A DNA stretch of 64,000 nt from Octopus bimaculoides (lineage: Eukaryota): contig NC_068986.1 of assembly GCF_001194135.2 (NCBI RefSeq), positions 46,809,254-46,873,253 on the forward strand, read 5' to 3'. This document shows, piece after piece, positions 38,515 to 51,877 of the stretch (position 1 is its first letter; each line of letters starts with the position of its first letter). The position numbers were made by a program, and so were the translations under genes. The notes under the pieces are model-generated. The model did no database searches. It had not been told where the DNA came from and saw nothing but the letters and a program-made list of their open reading frames with translations.

Positions 38515-39010
38515 TATAACGAAGAAGAAAACAACTGCAGTCGAAATCGCCAATATTCAGACCGAAGAGTCAAAAGAGTATTGGTCGAACTTGAAAAGTA
38601 AAGTGGCCGCCAAGCTAAAGCACAACTGGCCAAATATTGCTGTTTGGGATCACAAGGGAAATGTATGATCTGTTGTGGAACTCATCTGTCCCCTGGACAC
38701 CAATGTGATTAGAAAAATACGAGGGAAAGAGGGCATCTATGGACCAATTGTTCCCAAGATACACTTTCAGCTTCATACCTGTTTTTGTTGGAGCAAAAGG
38801 ATATATATCAATCCTTCTGGGGCGAAGTATAGCTGAACTTCGGATCTTGGCGAGAGAATGTAAATCCTTAATTCATACTCTTCAAATGATCACGATATCA
38901 GGGACAATAAAAATCTACAAAACTTTAAGTTTGAAAGAATACTGGTTAAAACAAGATACTTTCCTTTACAACCTCGCTACCAATTAGGTAGCCGTCCAAG
39001 AGAACTTATA
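38515..39010 (+). mobile_element. RLE-type non-LTR retrotransposon 3' fragment (restriction-like endonuclease; R4/Dong or a related clade)
   Basis: KLKHNWPNIAVWD (HNRPD-like), ELICPLDTNV, FSFIPVFVGAKG and LQMITISGTIKI. Both flanks are TA/CA microsatellite. Confidence 0.75.
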
Positions 39011-41530
39011 AAGTGTGTGTGCCACTGTGTGTGTAAGCACATACATACATACGTATGTATGCATGTGTTGTGCTTAAGAATGAATTATGCATTAATTCTT
39101 TTTACTCACTCTCCTCAGGCGTGACCTCAAGTGTTATTTGTGCGGGAAAATGTTTTACTTGTTGCAAATACACCATTAAACAAATTCTAAAAGATTTTAG
39201 AGATACGATAGCGACAAAACCAAGTTATTATTTGAAAACTAGTCTGATATTAGATTACAACTCAATTACAAGACACTGTAGAAGATTGACGACATCTGCA
39301 ACATGGGATTTTTCATTAGAAATCAGATGCTAGAAAATATATACCTGTATAGTATTCTGGGGACTGCAGTGTGTGTATATTTTGATCTGTTCCATACTGA
39401 TCAAAGTTAATACACTCACAGTATAATCGATTTGATCTAGGTTTTTCTTTTCCTTATGGAAATAGCCGTTGAATCCTTTCTAAGATGTACCAGAGTTTAA
39501 ACATTCTTCAGATTAAATATCTAAAACCATCAGGCAGTGTTATAGAAGACATGAAGCTAATCATTGGAACGCCTCGAGTTCAACTTCGTGAATCATAGCT
39601 TTGGTATAACCCTCTCGGTAGAATGCCCCCCCCCAAAAAAAAAAATAACTGGATCGTCTGACAATATGCTACATCTGTCTTAACCTGTATCTCCTATATC
39701 TCCTGTATAAATCATACCGGTGGGTTAGATTAGCACGCTTGAAGAAAATATGCATGTATGGATACGTGGATTTTCTTTTAGTGTTGTAAGAGAGGCTCTG
39801 TGTGTGAAAGCGAGAGAGAGAGGCTATGTTTGTGTATGTTGGTGTATGGGCGCTTTTTGTATATGAATACTAGTGTGAGCGCGCGTGCATCAATATATAA
39901 CTGCCAATGTGAAACAAATACTAGTAAATACAGTTTCCGATTAACTTTCCGTTTATTTTATTTATTTATTTCCAATGACATGTTTATGAAATAACACTTG
40001 GACTGAATCTTGGAACCAATTTGGACTGACGCCAATCCCCGGAGTGTAGCAATGAGTTATTAATGTTATTCCGATATTAAATCTATTATGTCACGTCTTA
40101 ACAGACAATTGGGGGTCTTGATTATTCGTAGTGTGGTGAATGAAGACACGAGAGCACTAGATTATTAGCTGTTTTTATTGGTTTTACTGCACTGCAGCCA
40201 AATATGGTTTAAAAAGTAAATCAGTAAAAATACAATTTATTCTTTGTAAAACTTTTAGTAGATATTCTGAATTGCATCATGAAATATATATTGCAAAACT
40301 AGGTTTACTGATACACTGTTCCTTTGCTCTGGGCCCACTAAATGTCCTATCAAAATGTTTTAGCTAGAAAACTGGAATGAGGAATTGAATTTTTTATATT
40401 CTTATGATGGAAAACCCAGTTGTTCGTAGCAGTATTGGAGTTAGTTTGATACTGTCATTTTGTTTGACATGTATATAACTTAAACATTTAATACCAATAG
40501 TCAGCCAATTGTCAGAATCAATTAATTCTCTAAGGCAATGTTCAGAATTTTAAAAGGTTACATAATCTAATTTTTTCGCATGTGTTACTCATTAATTCCT
40601 TTCAATTAAAAAATGGAATCTGTCAACATCATAATCCCAATTTAAATCTCAGAATACCAAACCAACAGGGCTGTCTTTAAAACAGTCAACGTTATTATGC
40701 TTGTATCTGCCATCTTGGGTTTTGGAAAATATAAATAATTAATTTACAAATGATTACTCCACGACTAGTTCGGAATAAATCTAGTAAAGATAAACTTCTC
40801 GTACTACCCCCAAATCAATACCTTTTTCGCACTTTGATAATCTAATAGCAATACATTTTTTTACAGGGAAAACTCCGATCAATTACAAAGTTTTCTTCAC
40901 CAGCGCTGTACAACTAACCACATCCAATTGACATTTGACAAGTGATATTTAACTGCAGACATGGGCTTCAGTTTTAAACAACAGGCCCGAATACTGTTAT
41001 AAGAAACGTTATGATATCATATTGAACATTACATATTATAATTTTGGATATAGACTTGAGCACGCTTCTCCTAATCATAATCCTTATACCATGTTGTTTA
41101 TGTAATGATATTATGTCAATGTTATGTTGAATGCGTGGTCATAGTCTTATATGAATTACCATACTAAAAGTTGAATCCAAATGACTGTCAAAGCTTGTAT
41201 ATATTCAAAACGATTTTCGTTGATAAAATTTTATAAATGATAGTTCTAAGGCAATGTTTAAAACAAGTTATCTAATATCGGGCAAATACCTAATTATTGC
41301 ATTCTTTCCTACACAGAATTATTCATTGAATTCTGTTTTGCCATCCAAGTCTTAAAACTGGCAAAATCAATACCATACCTAAGCAAACTCGTGTATATTG
41401 ATTACAATTACAATATATTATACGAACAGACATGTATTTCTATCCATAGTCAAAATGAGGTTTCATGTAATAACAAAATAATCAAATGATCGTTTTGTTA
41501 CCAGTAACAAATTAATTCACAATATTAATC

Positions 41531-41531
41531 A

Positions 41532-41615
<84 letters not shown>
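41531..41615. repeat. (ATT)n microsatellite at the 3' end of the Dong-like LINE
   Basis: Direct reading. Confidence 0.95.
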
Positions 41616-42950
41616 GCTGTTGTTGTTCTTTTTCTTTTAAGTAAGCTTTTCAGCTATTGTTTGAACTCCTGGAGTTTTGCATGCTTGCTACCTGCAGCCT
41701 ACGGTACTACGCTATCTGTTCTTTTCAATTATTTAATACTTTCCTGATGATTCTGGTCATGCCAAGGAGGCAAACTTTTTGTAACAGTCTATTATGCACT
41801 TTATTCCCATTTCCTTTATATTCTCCTTGATGCCTTCTGATACTGTCCCCAAGGAGCAAACAATAATTGGCACTATCTTCTCCATCTTCATTTTTCACAA
41901 TCGAGCGATCTCGTATTTAAAGGGATTGTCTGTGTTTTTTCGCTTTGCTTCTTCACTATTGTGTGGGTCTAATAGGCATGCAGCATCAGTTACAGACCAT
42001 ATATGGTGCAATTTGTCCACCAATACTAGGTCCGGCTTGTAATCTTCAAGAACCTGTTTTGCTTGGATTGGAAAATTCCACAGGATTTCGCTGGTTTCAG
42101 TCTCTGTGGTTTGCTCTCATACCATTTTTGCTCTCATACCATTTTTGTCTTTCTCTAACCCGCACTTTTCACAGTTTCCAGTGCAACACTTTCGTAACCT
42201 CATCGTGTCGTCACTACTTATATTGGTTTTGGCCAAACCCAGAGCATTTGTTCACAAAACGGGCAATGGTTTCGTCAATTCTATTCCTGAGGTCGACCCA
42301 CCAAATTGTAGCCAAAGCTCGGTTTTGCGCTGCTAGTATAGTGTCTCAGTCTCTTTTTTTCAGTGTTCCTTTCTTTAACCAATCCCACCTGCGTTCTTCA
42401 GTAACTTTAGTTGTGGCTACATAGAATTGATTGTGTAGTTCCTTGTTGAGTAGTGCTTGTTCATGTCCTTCTTCAACTTTTTGTTTTGTTCTTTACTATT
42501 TTTCTGCTTTCAATATGTCCTCGGTTCTAACAAGGTTTCCTCACTTTGAGTTAGATACCTCTGCAAGTTTCCAAGTTCAAGAGGTGCACCGTGTTCTATA
42601 TTTATGAGTCCCTTTTCTTCATTTGCTCTCTTCATATATAGGTAATCAGTGTCTGCATGTGGATGATGGTCTTCATGTATCGTTAGGAGCTTTCTTGTCT
42701 TCCTGTCCAATACCTTTTAGCTCGTCCTCTGTCCACTTCAGAATTCCAGCTCCGTATTACACCACTGCGACAACGTGCGGGTTTATTGCCGAAATTATAT
42801 TTCTGGCATTTAGCTTTGTATCCACAATCATTCTCAACTACCGCAGATGCTCTTTCAGCGACATCACAGCTCGAAGATTTAATTCCAAACATGAAGTTGA
42901 ATTCCCTGCGATTAATCGGACTATACCAAGGACACCAATCAGCAGCAGTA
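41616..42950 (-). mobile_element. R4/Dong-like non-LTR retrotransposon, 5'-truncated and decayed
   Basis: Minus strand: IVDTKLNARNIISAIN, YGAGILKWT, DRKTRKLLTIHEDHHPHADTDYLYMKR, WDWLKKGTLKKETE, RHDEVTKVLHWKL and LLQKVCLLGMTRIIRKVL, ending in (TAA)n. Confidence 0.85.
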
Positions 42951-43089
42951 GCATCAAGTCTACGAACACGACCACATCCTACTCGACTAGCACTATACTA
43001 GGGGGAAAAAGACAAAAACAACTTAAACGGCAACAATATTTCCATTGTGAATAACAATAACAATAATAACAACAGCAAAACATTCTCAG

Positions 43090-44150
43090 CCACGGTTGTG
43101 AAAAGCACAGAGCTATTTCAAAATGGATATACTACAGAAAGATATTTGCTTAGCTCAAGCAGCCTGACATTGCTATCCCAACTGAGGTGTTGGCAGAAAC
43201 ATAGAAAAGACAGGTATTTATAAATGTGTTTCTATAAGCGTAAAGTGGCCGGAGACGGCTAGTCAGGCAGCTGAGGAAGTGCACTGAAAGACATAATTCA
43301 GCATATCTCGAGGGTGAAACACTTTGCAGACATTTCAGTGCTCTTCAGCTCCGAAGCTCTGGCCACCAAACAGTCCATGATTCCCTGTCGGAGTGCTCCC
43401 ATCGTATTTAGGAAGGAGGATGGAAGAAGGACAGAGCATATAAAGATCTCAGGAATTCTGGCAAATTTATAGTGGATTTTAGCGTGTGTAGTTTTAGAAG
43501 GGAGTAACAGTCTCCTGGAGATAAAGTCGACCTGTCTCGAAAATTGGTCTGGGACCAATGTGGAGGTGTTACACTACATTAAATCTGGCACGATCCATAT
43601 GGTCTTGGATCTTATGGATCTCAGACCTAATTCACCTTCCATAAAGAATGACATGTTACGATTAAGCGTAAAAAGCTATGGTGCTACCTGTATGAGGAGA
43701 CAAGCCACTTGAGAGTTTTCTGCTCCTAACAGAAGACAGAAAACCATGGAGCCTTCTTACTGCCAACAACAGGTCCCCAAAAGCCTCAACAACCAAACTG
43801 CTAACGATTACCGACAAAAGTAGATCCAACCCCGGCAACAACTGCATCATCGTCAACATGAACAGCAAAAATCAGTAAATGCTGGAAGATCACCAACACC
43901 AACAACAACAGCAACAACAGCCACAGCAGCAACACCAGCAACAACAGCAACAACAGCAGCACCAATATCACCAACACCAGCAACAGATGCACTACCACCA
44001 CTTCCTTCAATAGCAGAAGTGCCCGCCACCCAATAGTTTAGCTGAAATGTGGGTGAATGTGACGGAAATGATCCCCGTGAATGGGCCTACTCTGAACATA
44101 CGCTTCTAATCCAGAAGAGTTGAGAGGAGGGTGGCAGCTGCTTAGATGCT
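43090..44150 (+). mobile_element. L1/Tx1-type ORF1 remnant with a zinc knuckle and Thr/Ala-rich linker
   Basis: CYLYEETSHLRVFC at 43682-43723 has CX2CX4HX4C spacing with C changed to Y (TGT->TAT). It is followed by a PTPTTTATTATAATP tract. Confidence 0.65.
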
Positions 44151-44239
44151 CATGGTGGTGGAAGTAACCAGGATTGTGGGATTCCTTGTTGTCCCTGGGT
44201 TAACTGTTCTTGTTTTCATTTTACACACAGAGTTTGTGC

Positions 44240-44444
44240 TCTGCACACCACCGATTTTGACCAAAGGAAAAGCAAAAGCCAATACAGCTTGGTACCAGTG
44301 ATGTCGCAACTCATTTCTACAGCTTAGTAAACTGGAGTAACGTGAACAAGGGTTCTTGCTCAAGAACACAACAAACAGCCAGGTCCCGGAATCGATCTTA
44401 CAACCGCACGAGTGTAAGCCCGACACTCTAACCATTGAGCCATA
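44240..44444 (-). mobile_element. tRNA-derived SINE, family 4
   Basis: Minus-strand head TATGGCTCAATGGTTAGAGTGTC...GATCGATTCCGGG followed by GTGTTCTTGAGCAAG...CAGTTTACTAAGCTGTAGAAATGAGT, a CORE/Meta-like body. Confidence 0.75.
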
Positions 44445-46614
44445 ATATTTCAAATATAATTTTAAAAAAAAAAAAAAAAGATAATTACTCACATATCATA
44501 AGCTATACCACTAAACATTGAAGACAGCTTTCAAATTCGTATTTAAAAAATGCTTTCTGCTCCGCTCAATTCATCTGTTATGTAAATAATTTGTAATTAT
44601 TGCCTTTTAAAATATAAACTTTTTTATTATGCTCAAGACACAAATCCACTGAGAAAGGAAATGTGATTGTGTAACGTTAATACTTTTTTTCAAAATCACT
44701 GAGAAAAGAAAAAATTAAGCCCGCTCATACTTTCAACTTAATTCTTCTCGACAGCACTCGCTATTGTATTTTTGGAATATTGATTTGGTACTTAAGCAAA
44801 TTATTTTATGGAAAAGCGAAAGGACATTACGAGACGTGAACTTGGCTAGCTGACACAACTTTTATGCTCTTCACATTTTACAATTACAGCAATATATTTT
44901 GACTCCACAGTTTATTGCTGTTATTTATTTCTTACTCGGAGAAAAACATGGTGTTAGAAATTTGAACTCAGTACAGTAAGACAGGCGATGTAAAGTATTT
45001 TTCCTGGCTTTCTATTGATTGCACCTGCTGTGCCGATCTATAAAATGTAATGTCTAAAACAATGTAGTCATTTAATTCCCAAAACAATGTTGTTGCTTGA
45101 TTCCCAAAGCAAAGATAATATACGTCGATACAGTATCTCGGCAATAAATTAACTGTTTCAACATGATAAATTGGAAGTTAACCGAATTGAAAAGCTGAGA
45201 TACGAAATCGAGTTACACATACTGTTCCAAATCTTCAAGGTTAATACAGAGACTAATAAATATATTCAGAAAAGTTATATATAAAATTACAGAGTTTAGC
45301 ATACAAGGAAGGAAGACAAAAGAAATAAAGGTGGATTTTTATACCCAATACGGCGATGAGGCCAAAAAAAATGTTTTTAATACTTTCAGAGAGAAAGAAA
45401 CATATAAAACTATAGAAGCTTCATTCACCAAGGGAGGAGAGAGATGCACCTATACACTAAAGGAAGATGTAAATCTCATAAAATACAATACAAAAGAAAA
45501 TCTCTAAACACGCTTGCGTAAAGCGACATGAAATTTTCCTTTGTGGCAATTTTAGCTTCAGCGGGAAAAAAATCCATAGTATAGCCAATATTGGCTCAAG
45601 CACTGTTTGATTGTTGATGCTCATAATTAGAGTTTAGGCAGGAAAACCAGAAACTAATCTAACAAAAGTTAATGATAGAATATGAAACATTCTTCGTCAC
45701 AAAAAACACCAACAAATAATCGGATGACCAAGTTTAAAAACATCCAAGCATAATTACAGGCGCCAGCCAAATAGTCGTAGTGGTTATATTCATTGGTTAC
45801 TATGCCAATAATTTCAAATGAAGATAAATAAAATTTATACCAGAGCCAAAATATTGCCTCTGGTAATGGCAGAACAATAATAGTCTGATATTGGTTTGGA
45901 GTAATAGATATGATAAACAATTCTAAACAACCAACCACAACATTTTTTTTCTATCGTTTTTTACTCGGTCCTTCTGAGCCAATAGATATTGCAAACCCTT
46001 TCCATATAATTATTATTAGAAAACCATTCAGATACAATGAATCTCATGCTGCTCTGAGATACGCGGATTGAAGCAGCAAAACGTATCTACATTATTTGGC
46101 GTGAACGTAGGAAAATACGAACAAAATTACAAAACCGCATTAAGGTTCCTAAAACTACATATATCAAACAATATCACAACCGTACACAGCATACATATTA
46201 CAAAGAATCCTTTCAAATCATTCACTCAATGAACACACGAAAGTCGAACAAGGAAAGCTATTCCAAGAACAATCAGAAGCTAAACTTGCGAATAGTAATA
46301 ACTATTTGGAAGTAAATAAACCAAAAGACTTCATACATACCTGATACACATATTTGTGGTGGTGATGGTGGAAACTATGATAATATGTAAAAGGAATATT
46401 TAAAACAGCAATGACTTCTGATTTATGGATTAGTCGATAGCAGAGAGCCCAGTATTCGATCTCGGAGAGCTGATAGGAAAAGTTGACCACGGTAACATTT
46501 GAAATCAGAAAGTAAAGAGTCGGAACAAACAGCGCAAAACAGTTTTTTCCGACTCGTTAATGATTCAACCAGTGTACCACCTTCGAAAAAAAAAAGACTA
46601 TATCGAAAGTAATA

Positions 46615-47062
46615 ATTCTTTTTACTATAGATACAAGGCGGGAATTTTTTGTGGGTAGGAGACTAGTCAATTGCATCGACCCCAGTACTTCACTGGAGCT
46701 TATATTATCAGCCCAAAAGAATGAAAGACAAAGCTGACCTCAGCAATATTCGAACTCAAGATATAAAGTCGGAAGAAATGCTGTTAAATATTTTATCCAG
46801 CATGCTAATGATTTTGCCAGCTTTAAAATAAAAAAAAATGCTTTCAAATTTTGGTACAAGGCTAGTAAGTTTATAGAATGGAGCAAATCAATCGCATTGA
46901 CCTCAGAGCTCGACTGGTACTGTGGTACTGTTTTATTGACCACGAAAGGATGAAAAGCGAAGTTGACTTCAGTGGCTTTTGAACTCAGAGCATAAAGCCA
47001 GAAGAAATCCCGCGATGCATTTTGTCCAATGCTGTAACGATTCTGACGACTCGCCGCCTTAA
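46615..47062 (-). mobile_element. Two tandem family-1 SINEs
   Basis: Units at about 46615-46825 and 46843-47062, both with GAACTCA/GAAATGC/GATT(T/C)TG(C/A)C in reverse orientation. Confidence 0.8.
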
Positions 47063-50000
47063 ATATTTGTAATAATAATGATAACAGTAATAATGATTTA
47101 TAACTGTAGTGCACGTGGTTACAAATATATTGTCAAAAGTTAAGGAGGTTTTAACTAACTCCAGTTCTTATCTGGTACTTAATCACAATCCCGGCCGGTT
47201 TAGATCTCAGAAATAAAAGAAACATATAACTAGATAACACATGACATTTTATTCTGGTACACTACATTTTCTTATCACTATGATAATCGTGTTCGGGACA
47301 CACATTTTGATATGGCATCGCAGAGTCGAATACAAAACCAGGAATGATTGGAACTAATCAAAATGTGCTGCAAAAGCTAAACATTTTTTATTCATATAAT
47401 CGAAAGATGTATCTGTTCTTAAAGGATAACAGAATAATGCCCATCAAAAGCTGCTCGATGGGAAAATATTTAAGCAGTAGAAACAAGGTTGTAAGAGAAA
47501 ACTAAAAAAAGTCTTTTGGTGTTTGAGAGAAAAATAGTCACTAATCTATTTCTCAGTAGCTTGTTTTGTCAACGATAGATCATTGTGCATTATGCTATTT
47601 TTAATAAAATCGTTTCATTGATCAAAGATTGTTATTAATCTCTAGATAAAGTAAAGCTGTTTTATATCTAATATCTTTCTTCAATTAAAAACAGGATAAT
47701 AGTAACTCTGTTTATTTGTTTCCTCATTGTTATTCAATATATATTTTATCCATGATATTGCTTCATATCATTAAGAATACGTTCAAAAGAATTGTAAGCC
47801 ACCGAAGCATTTATGCTGTACTTATTGCCTTCATATAGCTACCGAAATGGGTTGATCATAAATTCGGTTTTATGCATAATCTCGGAATGAATAGGAATAA
47901 ATTTCCACTTTTTGAAATGATTTAACTAAAACAATTCGAATTATTCAAGTGTAATCTCACAAATTCTTGTATTAACACAATAGTGTTTGCATATATGCAT
48001 ATATGTATGCATGTAAGCCCAAAAGAACTCTTTAGTCAGATGATGTCAGATTTGTGACCGTATTTTATCTAACTAAACGCAATGAGAAAGTAATTAACTA
48101 AGTTTCCACAAAAAGTTTTGATTGAATTTTGATTTTTGAACAGTAATTAATAATTTACGTACATAACTTCACTATATGTGTAAAACGACAGAGCTAGTAA
48201 TATTTCCTTCGTTTGCATGATAATTTCACAGGCTAGTAATGTAAAAACAAATTCAGATTTGTTAAAGTAAGCGGAACCAGTGTTTAGTTGCCCCTTAATC
48301 CATATTCCAATGAACAATATGAATAACTTCATAATTACTTCACTATCTTATCAGGTTCAAGTGTTATCAATGAACCGCTGTTCTAATTTATGTATATTTT
48401 ATTTTGAAGAAATTTGGCAAGTATAATAGAATAACAATACGCTTTTGGCAAGCTAGTTTCTGTTGCTGGTTAGAAAAAGAAATTACTTACATCACGAAAG
48501 CTACAATGAAATACATGAATATCATACCATTTCATTTTCTGTCTGTAGAAATATAAATTCAACTTCCTACTTGAAAAGAAACCAATTTTGGTATTGAGGT
48601 AGATTATTTTACAAGTTATATGATACAGAGTGAATTTGAAATACTTTTTACTTCTTAACACTTAGTAAAATGGTCTCTTTGATACCATAAAAAACCTCTG
48701 ATACGAAGATCTTAAGATTGTTTCACTTTACCGATAAAAGGCGAATTTCATACGCAGTATCTATATCTATTCTATTGATCTGACAGTTATATGATAGATT
48801 ATATATTAAAGAATACTTGAGAGCCGTCTATGTGAGATTTGTACTATTCTAATACACTAAACGACTTGACCTTACAAATATTAATGAAATATAACCATTG
48901 ATGAAATGCTACTCAACAAGACTTCTAGTTATATCTGATATTATTAAACCTAATAGAGTATCATCGCTAAAACCTGTATTCTCTCTTTAAAGATAGTAAA
49001 TAATCGTAAGTAAATAATTTCAGCAAAAGAATCTGTGAAGTATCGTAGAGAGCAGGTTAAATAACCATGAAATCTTAGTTAGATGTTCTCAATATTTCAA
49101 ATTGAAGGTCTGTGAGCCAGTAGAAACATAGATCGCCGTTGACTAGTTTATGATTTTACCTGCGTCTACTATTCATTATGTTTCTAGAGTTGATACCATA
49201 ATTACAAGTCATTCACTGACGTTGATTAATATGTTTTATATATTTCTTTCCTACTAAAACTTGTATCTAATAAATAAATCACTATTTTGATTCCCGTCAT
49301 CGTGACGTCAACAAGCACAAATTTTAGATGTGTAAAATTATGTTATGATTCGTTTACTCTTATTATGCAACATTATACAATCGACTGTTATATCATATTG
49401 ACAACTTTTGAAATAATTTCTAAAATTCTTTCTATAAACATTCAATACGAAGAATAGTTTCATTTATTTTCGCAGGCTATCTCGCCGCATTAATTCATTC
49501 CTGTTAATAAATTAAATGGCCAGCAATAGTAATAGATCGAATTCTTGGTCAGATTAAATAGAGAATTAACCTGCAGAAACCTCTATGATTTCAAATAACA
49601 TGTGATTACATCTGCAGTAAAGCAAGAGATGAGAGGATAAAATTCATCAGAGATATTCCATCGAAATCTTTAATGATTTTGGAATGGCTTCCAGTCATGT
49701 TCCGGTTCTGCCGTCTGAATAGAGCTCAGCTTTACTACACCCGGAAGACTTTCAAGTAGTAGAGCAAGCATTTACTTTCTTTCTCTGATCAGTAATCTAA
49801 TAATTACATTACCAGGCAATTTGTAATGTATCAATAAATGGCTGATTTCCCAATGAAAAAATAAATCGCGTGATGGAAATAACAATGCACGTTCATAATA
49901 GCAATCATCTTGATTGAAGAATGATATTCATAAAGGAAAAGCTTTGCCATTTGCCGACATTCTAACAATATTGATTTCTTGCTTAGGCAGAGGGTCGAAT

Positions 50001-50590
50001 ATTTTATAGAGAAGTGTAATGAAAATATGTGACATTCATGCCTTTAACAACAGAAGTAAATTAGTTTCAACTACAAAATGAAACTGAATCGCAGAATCGG
50101 ATTTTCATCTGGATATTTGTTAAATTCAACTTTCTTACACAAATTATTTCTCCATTTTTAATCTGCAATGTATTTTGAATCTCCCATCACAGTTATTATG
50201 ATAATGTTCCAGATTTTTTTTCTCCTTCCGTTGCTAAGATGACAAAGATTACGAACAGAATCAAAATTTACTATTTAGATATGAATGTCAAATGTAAAAT
50301 AACACTATTTTCCTATGGTTCTGTTTAATATTAATTATTAAAAAAAAAGCTATTGTTGTAGGCGACACAGAAAATAGTAGGTTGGTAGCGATAATGAAGT
50401 GTATGACAGAAACGAGATGAGAATATTAGTTTTGGAAAATGACGGTCAGACTAATAAAAAAATAATTAATAACTCAGAGAAAGTTCTTGTTGAACAGGTA
50501 TATAAACTATTAGTGTGCGTAAATAGTGATATGAAACTTGAATAATACACAAGCCGAGTAGTCTGCACTAAATATAGTAGGATTGTAATT

Positions 50591-51877
50591 TTGGGTTATC
50601 CCATAAATAATGTTTTTTTTATACTTCTTTCATTTTTCAAAATTAAGATGAACAAAGTTCTTTTTCAATCTAAAATATACCCTCCTCCATGTTTTACAGT
50701 GATCTTCCATCTATCTGGTAGACTTGCAAGGACCCTTTTCCAAAATTCACTTATCCGTGGCGAAAAATACTCCTCCTTTACTGTTGTGACCTCGTCTACA
50801 GAATTCATATTTTTTCCGTCGAAATGATTTTGAAGACTGCGGAATAAATGATAGTCAGACGGAGCAATGTCCGGCGAATATGGTGGGTGGGGCATCGTTT
50901 CCCATTCAAACTGCTCCAGCCTTTAGAATGTCATCCTCGCTGTATGTAGCCGAGCATTATCCTAATGGAAGAACATCTTTCGTCTTGAAACCAAAGATGG
51001 TCGTTTTCCTTCAAGCGCTGACTTAAGCCGCTCAGGCAGCTCACAGTAGATTTCCTTTGTTATCGTTTCGTTTTGGTTTAAAAATTCAAAGTAGACTAAA
51101 CCTTTCATATCCCACCAAACAGACAACAAAACTTTATGTGAGTGAAGACCTTCTTTAGCCTGGGTTACCGGTGTTTCTCCTTTCCCTACCCACTGTCTTC
51201 GGCGCTTAACATTTTTATTGAGAACCTATTTCTCGTCACCAGTTACTATTCGGTCTAAAAAGGGTTCAATCATGAAACGTGACGGAAAAGAAGAGCACAC
51301 CTTCACTCTCTGCGTGATTAGACTCGAAAAGTCTGTGAAGAACCCATTGACCCAATTTGCTGACTTTTCCGATGGCACGCAGGTGTCGATGAATGGTTGA
51401 ATGACGAAATCCAAGCTTCTCTGCTAGTTCCTCAACAATTACGATGAGTTTTGTCCCACCAGGGTTTGCAGGACGTCTTCATCGAGCTCTACAAATCTTC
51501 CAGAGTACGGCTCGTCTTCTGGGCTGTAGTTTCCGGTTCAGAATTTCTGCAACTACTGTTGTCACCGGCTTACGCTTATTGTCCGATCCCCATATGCTGC
51601 ATTAATATTCTTCGAACGTTCCATTGTGTCGTTAGCTTTATTGAACTCAAAAAGCAAAATATGCCGAATATGCTTCTTTGTCACTACCATTATAGCTTTG
51701 AAAAAATAATTGCTAAAATCAAACTGCACTCTTCAGAACTTGCACTTAGAATAAGTATAAGGTAAAACTATTACCTACTTTCATAGCAAGTTGGTGCAGG
51801 TAGTTTATTAAGCCCCTTCTCCTCCGACTTTTAGTTCATGCAACTGAAAAAACCGCATTATCTGTGGGATGACTCAA
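50591..51877 (-). mobile_element. mariner DD34D transposon, near full length (1287 bp), same family as 25736-26985
   Basis: TIRs TTGGGTTATCCCATAAATAATG / CCGCATTATCTGTGGGATGACTCAA followed by TA. Translation gives EPFLDRIVTGDEK*, SVWWD and PHPPYSPDIAPSDYHLFRSLQNHFDGK. Confidence 0.95.

Noticed and set aside
39119-39333. C2H2 zinc finger or terminal exon after a strong acceptor (RDLKCYLCGKMFYLLQIHH*)
   Set aside because: The finger is truncated by a stop with wrong His spacing and has no linker or neighbouring fingers. The alternative 70-codon frame has no recognisable similarity.
31021-49310. Additional TGACGTCA sites (31021, 49303)
   Set aside because: Isolated 8-mers are expected by chance at about this frequency in 64 kb.
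49476-49759. Protein-like frame ending ...LEWLPVMFRFCRLNRAQLYYTRKTFK* after a good acceptor
   Set aside because: Four in-frame stops upstream and no recognisable family.
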